Of a stretch of DNA of 64,000 nucleotides, positions 48,245-56,456 are shown in pieces; the stretch's first letter is position 1, and each line of letters begins with the position of its first letter. Made by a program: the position numbers and the translations under genes. The DNA is taken from assembly GCA_003135555.1 (NCBI GenBank), contig PLCF01000014.1, positions 1 through 64,000 of the forward strand, in the 5' to 3' direction. Source of the DNA: Vulcanimicrobiota bacterium (GTDB lineage Bacteria; Vulcanimicrobiota; Vulcanimicrobiia; Vulcanimicrobiales; Vulcanimicrobiaceae). Below the pieces are notes generated by a model. The model was not told the DNA's origin and did no database searches. It saw nothing but the letters and a program-made list of their open reading frames with translations.

Positions 48245-48838
48245 TTGAGCGCCGACTTCATCGCCCACGTCGGCGCGCACGTCGCGCTGGCCGGGTCTGC
48301 GCTCATCGTCGCGCTGGCGATCGGGATCCCGCTGGCCGGCGTGGCGGCCGATCGCGCCCTCGCCCGCGGCGTCCTGCTGGCCCTCGCGGGCGGGTTTCGC
48401 GTGGTCCCATCGCTCGCCGTCCTCACGCTTGCCCTGCCACTGCTGGGGTTGGGTTTTCGCCCGGCGCTGCTCGCCCTGGTCGTCCTCGCGCTGCCGCCGA
48501 TCCTGGTCAACACCGACGTCGGTTTGCGCGCGGTTCCGCGCGCCACGCTCGAAGCCGCGCGCGGCACCGGGATGACCGAACGCCAGATCGGAGCGCGCGT
48601 GCGCTGGCCGCTCGCGCTGCCGGTGGTCGCCGTCGGCGTTCGGACCGCGGCGGTCGAGGTCATCGCCTCGGCGACGCTAGCCGCGTTCATCGGCGGCGGC
48701 GGCCTGGGCGACTACATCGTCGGCGGCTTGCAGACGTCGAACCTTCCCGAACTCGTTCTGGGCGCCGCCTCCGTCGCGGCGCTCGCACTCCTCGCCGACG
48801 CAGCGTTGGGCTACGCACAAAAGCGTCTCGCCGTCTGA
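48245..48838 (+). CDS. OpuB/ProW-like ABC permease
   Basis: VPSLA, EAARGTGM and LAAFIGGGGLG motifs. Confidence 0.88.
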   Translation: MSADFIAHVGAHVALAGSALIVALAIGIPLAGVAADRALARGVLLALAGGFRVVPSLAVLTLALPLLGLGFRPALLALVVLALPPILVNTDVGLRAVPRATLEAARGTGMTERQIGARVRWPLALPVVAVGVRTAAVEVIASATLAAFIGGGGLGDYIVGGLQTSNLPELVLGAASVAALALLADAALGYAQKRLAV

Positions 48839-48848
48839 ACTGAGGTCT

Positions 48849-49736
48849 ATGCAACTCTCACGCGCACGCGCGCTCGCGCTTCTCGCCACCGTTCCGCTTG
48901 CAGCCTCGTGCGGAGGTGGCGGCGATGCCGTCAAGGTCGGATCGAAGAACTTCACCGAGGAGCTGATCCTGGGCGAGCTGTACGCGCAGAGCCTCGAGCA
49001 CGCCGGACTGCAGGTGGAGCGCAAGCTGAACCTCGGCACGACCGACATTGCGATGGCCGCGCTCAAGCGTGGCGAGATCGACCTCTACCCGGAATACACC
49101 GGGACCGCCTTGCTCGACGTGCTGAAGCTGCCGCTGATCACCGATCCGAAGCGTTTGTTCGACACGGTGAAGGCCACGTATGCGAAGCAGTTCGATCTGG
49201 TCTGGCTCGATCCGGCGCCGATGAACGACTCGCAGGCGCTCGCCACGACGCAAAAGGTCGCCGGGAACTACGCGCTCGGCACGTTGAGCGACGTCGCGGC
49301 GAAGGCGAACGAGTTGCGGCTCGGGTGCGTGTCGGAGTTTCTTACGCGCCCCGACGCTCTGCCTGGGCTGCAGAAAAAATACGGCGGGTTTCATTTCAAG
49401 CAGACGAGGGTCGTCGTGAACGGCCTGAAGTATCAGGCGCTCGAGCACGGTGACGTCGACGTCGTGATCGCGTTCTCGACCGAGGGACAGCTCAAGGCCG
49501 ACAGTCTGGTCGTGCTCGAGGACGACAAGCATTTCTTCCCGGTCTACAACGTCGCGCCGGTCGTACGCAAAGCGATGATCGACGCGAAGCCCGCACTCGC
49601 GGCGCCGCTCAACAAGCTCGCGCCGCTGCTGACGAACGACGTGGTGCAGAACATGAACCTGCAGGTTGACGGCCCGCAGAAGCGCGAGCCCGCCGACGTG
49701 GCGCGTGACTTCCTCAAGCAGAACGGTCTCGCCTAA
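48849..49736 (+). CDS. Betaine-type ABC substrate-binding lipoprotein
   Basis: Lipobox, GSKNFTE, YPEYTGT and LEDDKHFFPVY motifs. Confidence 0.9.
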   Translation: MQLSRARALALLATVPLAASCGGGGDAVKVGSKNFTEELILGELYAQSLEHAGLQVERKLNLGTTDIAMAALKRGEIDLYPEYTGTALLDVLKLPLITDPKRLFDTVKATYAKQFDLVWLDPAPMNDSQALATTQKVAGNYALGTLSDVAAKANELRLGCVSEFLTRPDALPGLQKKYGGFHFKQTRVVVNGLKYQALEHGDVDVVIAFSTEGQLKADSLVVLEDDKHFFPVYNVAPVVRKAMIDAKPALAAPLNKLAPLLTNDVVQNMNLQVDGPQKREPADVARDFLKQNGLA

Positions 49737-50532
49737 CGGCGGCGGCGGCGGCGGCGGCGCGCGCGTCGAGCTGCGCGCGCTCGGCGTCCGCTACCCCAAC
49801 GCCGCTGCGGCGGCGGTCCACGACGTCGATCTCACGATCGAGGCGGGCGAGTTCGCCGTGCTGCTGGGGCCCTCGGGTTGCGGTAAGAGCACGCTGCTGC
49901 GCACCCTCAACCGGCTCGTCGAGCCGACGTCGGGGACGGTCCTCATCGACGGCGGCGACGTGCGTGAGCGTGACGCGACCGAGCTGCGGCGCGGGATCGG
50001 GTACGTGATCCAGGCCGTCGGCCTGTTCCCGCACTACACCGTGGCCGAGAACGTTTCGATCGTCCCGCAGTTGCTGGGCTGGGATCGAGCGCGCATCGAC
50101 CGGCGCGTCGACGAGCTGCTCGCGTTGATCCGCCTCGATCCGGCCGAGTACCGCGATCGCAAGCCGCGCCAGCTGTCGGGCGGCGAGGCGCAGCGCGTCG
50201 GCGTCGCGCGCGCGCTCGCGGCCGAGCCACGCGTGCTGCTCATGGACGAACCCTTCGCCGCGGTCGACGCGATCGTGCGGGCCTCGCTGCAGGACGAGAT
50301 CGCTCGGGTACACCGCGAGTTGAAGACGACGGTCGTGTTCGTCACCCACGACGTCGACGAGGCGCTGCGCCTCGCCGATCGCGTCGTGGTGATGAACGCC
50401 GGTCACGTCGTGCAGACCGGCCCGCCCGGCGAGATCCTCGAACGCCCCGCCGACGATTTCGTGCGCCACCTCGTCGGCGTCGACGCGGAGACGCGCCGTT
50501 TGGCGACCGAACGTCCGCTCATCGAACGATGA
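49705..50532 (+). CDS. OpuBA-like ABC ATP-binding protein
   Basis: GPSGCGKS, IGYVIQ, LSGGE, MDEPF and VTHD. Start uncertain (GTG 49705). Confidence 0.9.
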   Translation: MTSSSRTVSPNGGGGGGGARVELRALGVRYPNAAAAAVHDVDLTIEAGEFAVLLGPSGCGKSTLLRTLNRLVEPTSGTVLIDGGDVRERDATELRRGIGYVIQAVGLFPHYTVAENVSIVPQLLGWDRARIDRRVDELLALIRLDPAEYRDRKPRQLSGGEAQRVGVARALAAEPRVLLMDEPFAAVDAIVRASLQDEIARVHRELKTTVVFVTHDVDEALRLADRVVVMNAGHVVQTGPPGEILERPADDFVRHLVGVDAETRRLATERPLIER

Positions 50533-51148
50533 GCGGCGCGACCTCGTGCGGGGCTGCGAAGACGTGATCGGCAGCGGCGAGTTCGGCGGCGGAGCCGTAG
50601 CCCCAGGCCGCGCCCCAGGCGACGACCGCATTGTCGCGCGCGGCGGTGATATCGAGCGCGCGGTCGCCGATGTGCGCGACCGCGCAACCCGGCGCGATCC
50701 CTTCTGCGGCGAGGGCGTGAGCGAGCAGCTCGCCTTTGTCGATGCGCGTGCCGTCGAGCTCGCTGCCGTAGACGCGCTCGAAGGCACCCGCCAGCCCGAG
50801 CCGCCGCACGATCGGCAGCGCGTAGACGCGCGGCTTCGAGGTGCACACGAACAGGCGCGCGGCGCGGCCCGCGATCGCCAGCATCTCGACGACGCCCGGA
50901 TAGACGACGTTCTCGAACATGCCGGCGGCGCCGTAGCGCAAGCGAAAGCGCCGCACGATCTCATCGGCGACAGCTTCGTCGAAGCGCGCTCGCATCGCGA
51001 GCTGCAGCGGCGGCCCGATCAGCGTGCGCATCTCCGTTGCGTCGGGCGCCGGCAAGCCCAGGCCGTCGTACGCGAAGGTGAGCGAGCGTGCGACGCCTTC
51101 GTAGGGGTCGGTCAGCGTCCCGTCGAGATCGAAGAACACCGCCTCCAT
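50519..51148 (-). CDS. HAD hydrolase (phosphoglycolate phosphatase/5'-nucleotidase-like)
   Basis: FDLDGTLTD, IGPPL, TSKP, IGDR..D and WGYG motifs. Confidence 0.9.
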   Translation of the reverse strand: MEAVFFDLDGTLTDPYEGVARSLTFAYDGLGLPAPDATEMRTLIGPPLQLAMRARFDEAVADEIVRRFRLRYGAAGMFENVVYPGVVEMLAIAGRAARLFVCTSKPRVYALPIVRRLGLAGAFERVYGSELDGTRIDKGELLAHALAAEGIAPGCAVAHIGDRALDITAARDNAVVAWGAAWGYGSAAELAAADHVFAAPHEVAPLIVR

Positions 51149-51171
51149 TGCGCCCGAGGATACCACAACCG

Positions 51172-51783
51172 GTGACCTACGTCGCCGCGCACCTCGATCG
51201 CATCGGCGCGCTGCTCGGCGAGCACGTCGTGCTCGTCGTGTCGTCCCTGGTCGTGGCGCTGCTCATCGCGCTGCCGCTGGGGATCGTCGCGGCGCGCAAT
51301 GCGCGCGCCGGCGGGGCGATCCTGGCCGTCACCGGAGCGATCTACACCATCCCCAGCCTCGCGCTGCTGGCGCTGCTCGTCGCCGCACTCGGGCTGGGTC
51401 GCATCACGGCCATTGTGGCGCTGGTCGCGTACGCGCAGATGATCCTGATCCGCGGGATCGTGGCGGGCTTGCGCGGCGTCGACCCCGCGCTCGTCGACGC
51501 CGCGCGCGGGCTCGGGCTCACCGCGCGCCAGACCTTGCTGCGCGTCGAGTTCCCCGCCGCGCTGCCGGTCGTCCTCGGCGGCGTGCGCGTTGCCACGGTC
51601 TCGCTCGTCGCGCTGGCGACGGTCGCGGCGTGGATCAACGCCGGCGGCCTGGGCGTGCTGCTCTTCGAAGGGATCGGCACCAACAACCCGCAGAAGATCG
51701 TCGCCGGCGCGCTGGCCGCCGCGGCGCTGGCGATCGCCGCGGACTTGGCGCTACGCGCCGCGGAACGCGCGGTGCGCACCTGA
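51172..51783 (+). CDS. Second OpuB-like ABC permease
   Basis: YTIPSLA, DAARGLG and INAGGLG motifs. Confidence 0.88.
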   Translation: MTYVAAHLDRIGALLGEHVVLVVSSLVVALLIALPLGIVAARNARAGGAILAVTGAIYTIPSLALLALLVAALGLGRITAIVALVAYAQMILIRGIVAGLRGVDPALVDAARGLGLTARQTLLRVEFPAALPVVLGGVRVATVSLVALATVAAWINAGGLGVLLFEGIGTNNPQKIVAGALAAAALAIAADLALRAAERAVRT

Positions 51784-52208
51784 AGCCGCTTTTCGGCTAC
51801 GGCACGTTCCGCAAAGCCGCTTGGCGCGAAGCGATTCTCGGCGCGGCTTATCCGGCCCATCCCGCGACGTTGCGCGGGTATCGCCGCATCGCGTGCGCGT
51901 CCGGATACCTTTCCCTGCGCGAGACGGTCATCGACGTCGGGCTGATCGAAGGCGTGCTGGTGGAGCTCGACGAGTTGGGGTGGCGGATCGCCGACCAGTG
52001 GGAAGAGGTCCCGAAGTACTACCGCACCGACGTGCGCGTGAACTCGATGACTGGTCCGGTCGAAGCAGTGGCCTACCTCTGCACCGACGATCGCAACGCG
52101 ACCCCGGTCGACGACGACTGCTTCGCGCTCATCACCGACGCCGACGTGGAAGCGGCGATCGGCGTGTTCGGCCCGATGATGCGGGCACTCCGCCGGCGCG
52201 CGGGCTGA
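51780..52208 (+). CDS. Gamma-glutamylcyclotransferase (AIG2-like) family protein
   Basis: LFGYGTF, PATLRGYRR, IEGVL and D.WEE..YYR. Start apparently CTG. Confidence 0.72.
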   Translation: MKPLFGYGTFRKAAWREAILGAAYPAHPATLRGYRRIACASGYLSLRETVIDVGLIEGVLVELDELGWRIADQWEEVPKYYRTDVRVNSMTGPVEAVAYLCTDDRNATPVDDDCFALITDADVEAAIGVFGPMMRALRRRAG

Positions 52209-52212
52209 CCCG

Positions 52213-53217
52213 TCAGACGACGAGCAACAAGCTCAGCGCGTAGCGGCCCGCGGTGTCGGTGTACGTCTTCTTCTCCGCGAACCCGCAATCCGCGGCCAGC
52301 GCGACGATCTCCTCGCGGGTGAACTTGTACGACGACTCGGTGTGGATCGTGTCGCCTGGGGCGAAGTCGACCGTCAGATCCGAGGCCGGGACGTGCGCGC
52401 GCTGTTCCCGCTCGCTGACCAGGAACGACTGCACCGCGCCGCGCTCCTCGTTCCAGCGAGCGCGGAACCGGAATGCCCCGAGATCGAAGTCGGCGCCCAG
52501 CTCGCGATTCATCCGCGCCAGCAAGTTCTTATTGAAGGCTGCGGTGACGCCGGTGGGGTCGTCGTACGCCAGCTCGAGGATCGACGGATCCTTCTTGAGG
52601 TCGTAGCCCACCAGCAGCCCGTCGCCGGGATGGCGTGCGGCGGCGAGTAGCCGCAACAGCTCGCGTGCTTCGTCGGGTTCGAAGTTGCCGATATTCGAGC
52701 CCAGGAACAGCGCCAGGACGCGAGCGTGGGTCACCAGCCGCTTCTCGCGCAGCAGCGGAAAGTAGTCGCTGGCGTACGCGATGATGCGTAGCGCTTCGTA
52801 CGATGCGGCCAGGGCGTGCGACGACTCGGTCACCGCGTCGGCGGAGATGTCGACGGGATGGTAGGTCAGCGCCGGTTGACGCTCCAGGATGGCGTCGATG
52901 AGCAGCCGCGTCTTGACCGCGCTGCCGCTGCCCAGCTCGACGAGATCCAGCGGTCCCGGCAACGCGCCGGCGATTTCGCGCCCGTAGGTCGCGAGCAGGT
53001 CGCGTTCGACGCGCGTCAGGTAGTATTCGGGAAGCCGCGTGATCGCCTCGAACAGCGCCGACCCGAGGTCGTCGTAAAAGTACTTCGGCGATAGGCTCAT
53101 CGGGCGCGTGCCCAGTCCGCTGCGCACGTCTTCGGCGAACGTGGCCACGCGCACGGGGTGCGGATCCCGGTAAAGCGCAAACCGGTCGGAAAACCCCGGC
53201 GGCTTCGTCGAAGTCAT
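52213..53217 (-). CDS. egtD: L-histidine N(alpha)-methyltransferase
   Basis: PKYFYD..GS.LFE.IT.LPEYY.TR.E, ELGSGS..KT, LGSNIGN, AYDDP.GVTAAFN.N and TESSYKF. Confidence 0.92.
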   Translation of the reverse strand: MTSTKPPGFSDRFALYRDPHPVRVATFAEDVRSGLGTRPMSLSPKYFYDDLGSALFEAITRLPEYYLTRVERDLLATYGREIAGALPGPLDLVELGSGSAVKTRLLIDAILERQPALTYHPVDISADAVTESSHALAASYEALRIIAYASDYFPLLREKRLVTHARVLALFLGSNIGNFEPDEARELLRLLAAARHPGDGLLVGYDLKKDPSILELAYDDPTGVTAAFNKNLLARMNRELGADFDLGAFRFRARWNEERGAVQSFLVSEREQRAHVPASDLTVDFAPGDTIHTESSYKFTREEIVALAADCGFAEKKTYTDTAGRYALSLLLVV

Positions 53218-53356
53218 CGTGCGAAGCCTAACCCCGGCTCGGCAGCACGGTTTGCACCGCGGCGCGGCCGAGTAGGCGCTCGGTCGCTACGGGGGCTCCG
53301 CCGGCCCGCGCCGGACCGGGAAGGACGCCCGCGGCGGCGCGCGGGAGCATGCGCCC

Positions 53357-54034
53357 ATGATCGAAGAGCACGTTACGATCGACGCGCCCAAGGGTCCGAT
53401 GCAGGCGTACGTCGCCCGCCTCGACGAGAAGCCGCGTCCGGCCGTCATCGTGCTCGAAGGCGTCTTCGGTTTCGACGAAGAGATCAAGCGCATCACCGAA
53501 CAGGTCGGATCGGCGGGCTACGTCGGGATCGCGATCGACTACCTGCGCGGCGGCCAGGCAGCAGCGGTGTTCAACACCAAGGACGTCGGCGCGGACGTCG
53601 CGGCGACGCGCGACTGGCTCAACCACCAAGCCTACGTGCAGCACGGGAAAATTGCCGCGTGGGGTTTTGGTTTCGGCGGCACCGCGGCGTTCTTGGCCTC
53701 GACGTTGCCGGGCCTCTCCGGCGCCATCGCCTTCTACGGGCAGAGCATCGCGCGTCCGCTCCCCGGTACCGACGGCAAGCCCGCCCTCGACGAGATCGAC
53801 GAGGTGCGGATGCCCTTGCTGCTCGTTTTCGGCGGCCACGACGAGCAGATCGGTCCCACCGAGATCGCCACGATTCGCGACCGGCTCGCGGCCAAGCACG
53901 TCCCGTTCGAGATCGAAATCTACGACGAAGTCGGCCACTCGTTCTTTCGCGAGGATCTCGGCACGATCGCCACCCGGCAGATCGCCGACGCCTGGGGCCG
54001 CGTGCAAGCCTTCCTGCGGCGTTCGTTTTCCTAA
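53357..54034 (+). CDS. Dienelactone hydrolase family protein (nucleophile altered)
   Basis: EGVFG, FYG, GGHD, GHSF and DAW.R motifs, but GFGFGG in place of GFCxGG. Confidence 0.8.
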   Translation: MIEEHVTIDAPKGPMQAYVARLDEKPRPAVIVLEGVFGFDEEIKRITEQVGSAGYVGIAIDYLRGGQAAAVFNTKDVGADVAATRDWLNHQAYVQHGKIAAWGFGFGGTAAFLASTLPGLSGAIAFYGQSIARPLPGTDGKPALDEIDEVRMPLLLVFGGHDEQIGPTEIATIRDRLAAKHVPFEIEIYDEVGHSFFREDLGTIATRQIADAWGRVQAFLRRSFS

Positions 54035-54687
54035 CGGCCGACCATGCGCGACCAGCGGTCGCGCACGTCGATGATGTAGTCGCGTGTTTCGCGATAGGGC
54101 GGAACGCCGTGGTATGCCGCCACCGCAGCCGGTCCGGCGTTGTACGCGGCGAGCGCCGACGCGTACGGATCGGCGCTGTTGCGATAGTCGTACAAGTACG
54201 CGGAGAGCACGCGCGCGGACCCGTCGATGGCGGAGCGCGGATCCCACGGATCGACGCCGTACTCCGCCGCGGTCGGCACGGTGAACTGCGCGATGCCGAC
54301 CGCGCCCGCGACCGACATCGCCGCCGGATCGAAGGCCGATTCTTGCAGCAGCGTCGCGGCGAGAAACTGCGGCGCCAACTGGCGTTCGCGCGCCGCGGCG
54401 AAAACGTCGGCGCCGAGCAGCAACGCGTCGACGGCGTCGATACGTGGATTGGTCCGCATCACCTCGCGTGCAACCTTGATCCGCAGCGGCGAACGCCGGC
54501 TTGCATCCATGCACAGCCGCAGGCCTCGAATGAGGTCGACCTGCGGGGGTATATGCCATGACAATGCGGCGTCCCGCAGCCCGTCGATCCGGGGCCCCGA
54601 GGCCGAGAATGTCAGAGCCGCCGCCACGAATACGGTCGCGAGAGGGTTTCCAGGAGTCGGGACCAATCCGCCGTTAGCCCTCTTCAC
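54031..54687 (-). CDS. SLT lytic transglycosylase domain protein
   Basis: QESAFDP.A.S.AGA.GIAQF and ALAAYNAG..ETRDY motifs. Start uncertain. Confidence 0.85.
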   Translation of the reverse strand: MKRANGGLVPTPGNPLATVFVAAALTFSASGPRIDGLRDAALSWHIPPQVDLIRGLRLCMDASRRSPLRIKVAREVMRTNPRIDAVDALLLGADVFAAARERQLAPQFLAATLLQESAFDPAAMSVAGAVGIAQFTVPTAAEYGVDPWDPRSAIDGSARVLSAYLYDYRNSADPYASALAAYNAGPAAVAAYHGVPPYRETRDYIIDVRDRWSRMVGR

Positions 54688-54701
54688 TCACAAGGATCAG
54701 C

Positions 54702-55283
54702 GTGAACACGATCTCGTTGGGCTCGCCGGTGTCGTCTGCGATAGCAGCGATGCTCATCGTCCTGCTCGTCGGAGATTTCGCCTCGACTTTCCTTTATCAC
54801 GTGCCGCAGCACGTGTGGGGCAAGCTGCACCTGCGGACCCACCACGATCGTCGCCGGTCGTTCTGGGACCATGCGGTGCTGTCACGCGATCCCGCGGTCC
54901 TGCTCGACGGGTTGCTCGGCGCGCTCCCCTACCTGGCGCTGGCGGTCCTGTGCTCCGCCGTCTCCGTCTACGGCGCGGTCGCCGGCTTGGTCCTGGGGCA
55001 GGTCCACGTCTGGTGGCGCCACACGACCGACCTGGGCTGGCGCACCCCGGAGTGGGCGCAGCGCCTCGCCCGAGCCCTCCAGATCGTGCTCCCCGAGGAC
55101 CACGACGGTCATCACCGGAACCCAGAGGTCGAGTTCGGCGATATTTTCCGCTTCTATGACGCCCCGGCGCGCGCGATGATCGCAACGCTGCGGGTATGGA
55201 CGCCGAAGGCCAAGCGGCGCAGCGCCGCCGTCCGCCGGGCGGCCGCGATGAAGCGCCGCACGGTGGTCAAGCAGCCAAGCTGA
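54702..55283 (+). CDS. Fatty acid hydroxylase/sterol desaturase superfamily protein
   Basis: His boxes HVPQH, HLRTHH, HVWWRH and HDGHH between TM helices. Confidence 0.72.
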   Translation: MNTISLGSPVSSAIAAMLIVLLVGDFASTFLYHVPQHVWGKLHLRTHHDRRRSFWDHAVLSRDPAVLLDGLLGALPYLALAVLCSAVSVYGAVAGLVLGQVHVWWRHTTDLGWRTPEWAQRLARALQIVLPEDHDGHHRNPEVEFGDIFRFYDAPARAMIATLRVWTPKAKRRSAAVRRAAAMKRRTVVKQPS

Positions 55284-55289
55284 GGTGGG

Positions 55290-56453
55290 ATGACCAAACG
55301 CGTCCTCTTTCTGATCTCCGACACGGGCGGCGGACACCGCGCCGGGGCGCAAGCCGTCGGTGCCGCCCTCGACGAGATCGACGGAGCGACGCGTTTCGAG
55401 TGGCGCATCGACGATATCGCCACCCACTGCACCTTTCCGCTCTCCAAGCTCGGGCCGGCGTACAGCGCGGCCCTTCGCTATGCTCCGCCGATCTACGGCG
55501 CGCTCTACCACGCCACCAACGGCCGGCGCCGCTATAAGACGATCGTGCGGTTCTGCGAGCCGCTCTACCGGGAGCGGCTGCGCGAGGTCTTCTCGCAATA
55601 TCAGCCCGACGTGATCGTCTCGGTGCACCCGCTGCTCAACCATGCAGCCCTGCGAGCCCGGGCCGACGCCGGGATGCAACAGGTCCCGATCGTCACCGTC
55701 ATCACCGACCTGGGGCGCGTGCACGAAGGCTGGCTGCTCCCCGAAGCCGATCTGACGGTGGTTCCGGCCCGCGAGGTCTATCAGCGCGCGATCGAGCGCG
55801 GCGTCCCGCCCGAGCGGCTGCGGCTGTTGGGCCATCCGATCCACCCGCGCTTCGAGGACGTCTCGGGCTCCAAGGCCGAGATCCGCAAGAGCCTGGGGCT
55901 GCCGGTCGACGGTACGATCGCCCTGCTCATGGCGGGCGGCGAAGGCGGCGGCAAGCTCCTTCCGACCACGCTGGGTCTGGCCAAGGCCGGGCTCGACTTC
56001 CACCTCGTCGTGGTGACGGGCCGCAACGCCGCGCTCAAGCAAAAGCTCGAGGAGCTGGCACCGTCGCTGGCCACGCCGATGACGGTGCTGGGCTTCCGCC
56101 ACGACGTCCCCGAGCTGATGCGGGCCGCCGACCTGCTGGTCACCAAGGCCGGCCCCGGAACGATCGCCGAGGCGTCGGTCGCCGAGGTTCCGGTCGTGGT
56201 GTACGACTACGTCCCGGGCCAGGAGCGCGGCAACCTGGACTACGTTCGAACCAACGGGATCGGCGTGGTCGCCTTGAGCACGGCCGAGGTGGTTTCGTCG
56301 GTCGCGCGGATCGTGCACAACCAGGAGCGCTTGGCCAAGATGCGGTCCCAGCAGACCGCGATCGCGCCGCGCGGCAGCTCGCGCCGCATCGCCGAGCTCA
56401 TCGCGCAGATCTCGGTCAGCGGCCGCCGACCGACCATCCCCGCCGCCGGTTAA
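55290..56453 (+). CDS. MGDG-synthase-like glycosyltransferase (GT28)
   Basis: SDTGGGHRA, PDVIVSVHPL, VITDL, GGEG, TKAGPGTIAEA and PGQE.GN motifs. Confidence 0.87.
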   Translation: MTKRVLFLISDTGGGHRAGAQAVGAALDEIDGATRFEWRIDDIATHCTFPLSKLGPAYSAALRYAPPIYGALYHATNGRRRYKTIVRFCEPLYRERLREVFSQYQPDVIVSVHPLLNHAALRARADAGMQQVPIVTVITDLGRVHEGWLLPEADLTVVPAREVYQRAIERGVPPERLRLLGHPIHPRFEDVSGSKAEIRKSLGLPVDGTIALLMAGGEGGGKLLPTTLGLAKAGLDFHLVVVTGRNAALKQKLEELAPSLATPMTVLGFRHDVPELMRAADLLVTKAGPGTIAEASVAEVPVVVYDYVPGQERGNLDYVRTNGIGVVALSTAEVVSSVARIVHNQERLAKMRSQQTAIAPRGSSRRIAELIAQISVSGRRPTIPAAG

Positions 56454-56456
56454 ACC

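Noticed and set aside
49738..49758. (GGC)7 tract as a phase-variation site
   Set aside because: A trinucleotide unit keeps the frame; it encodes a Gly linker in the ATPase N-terminus.
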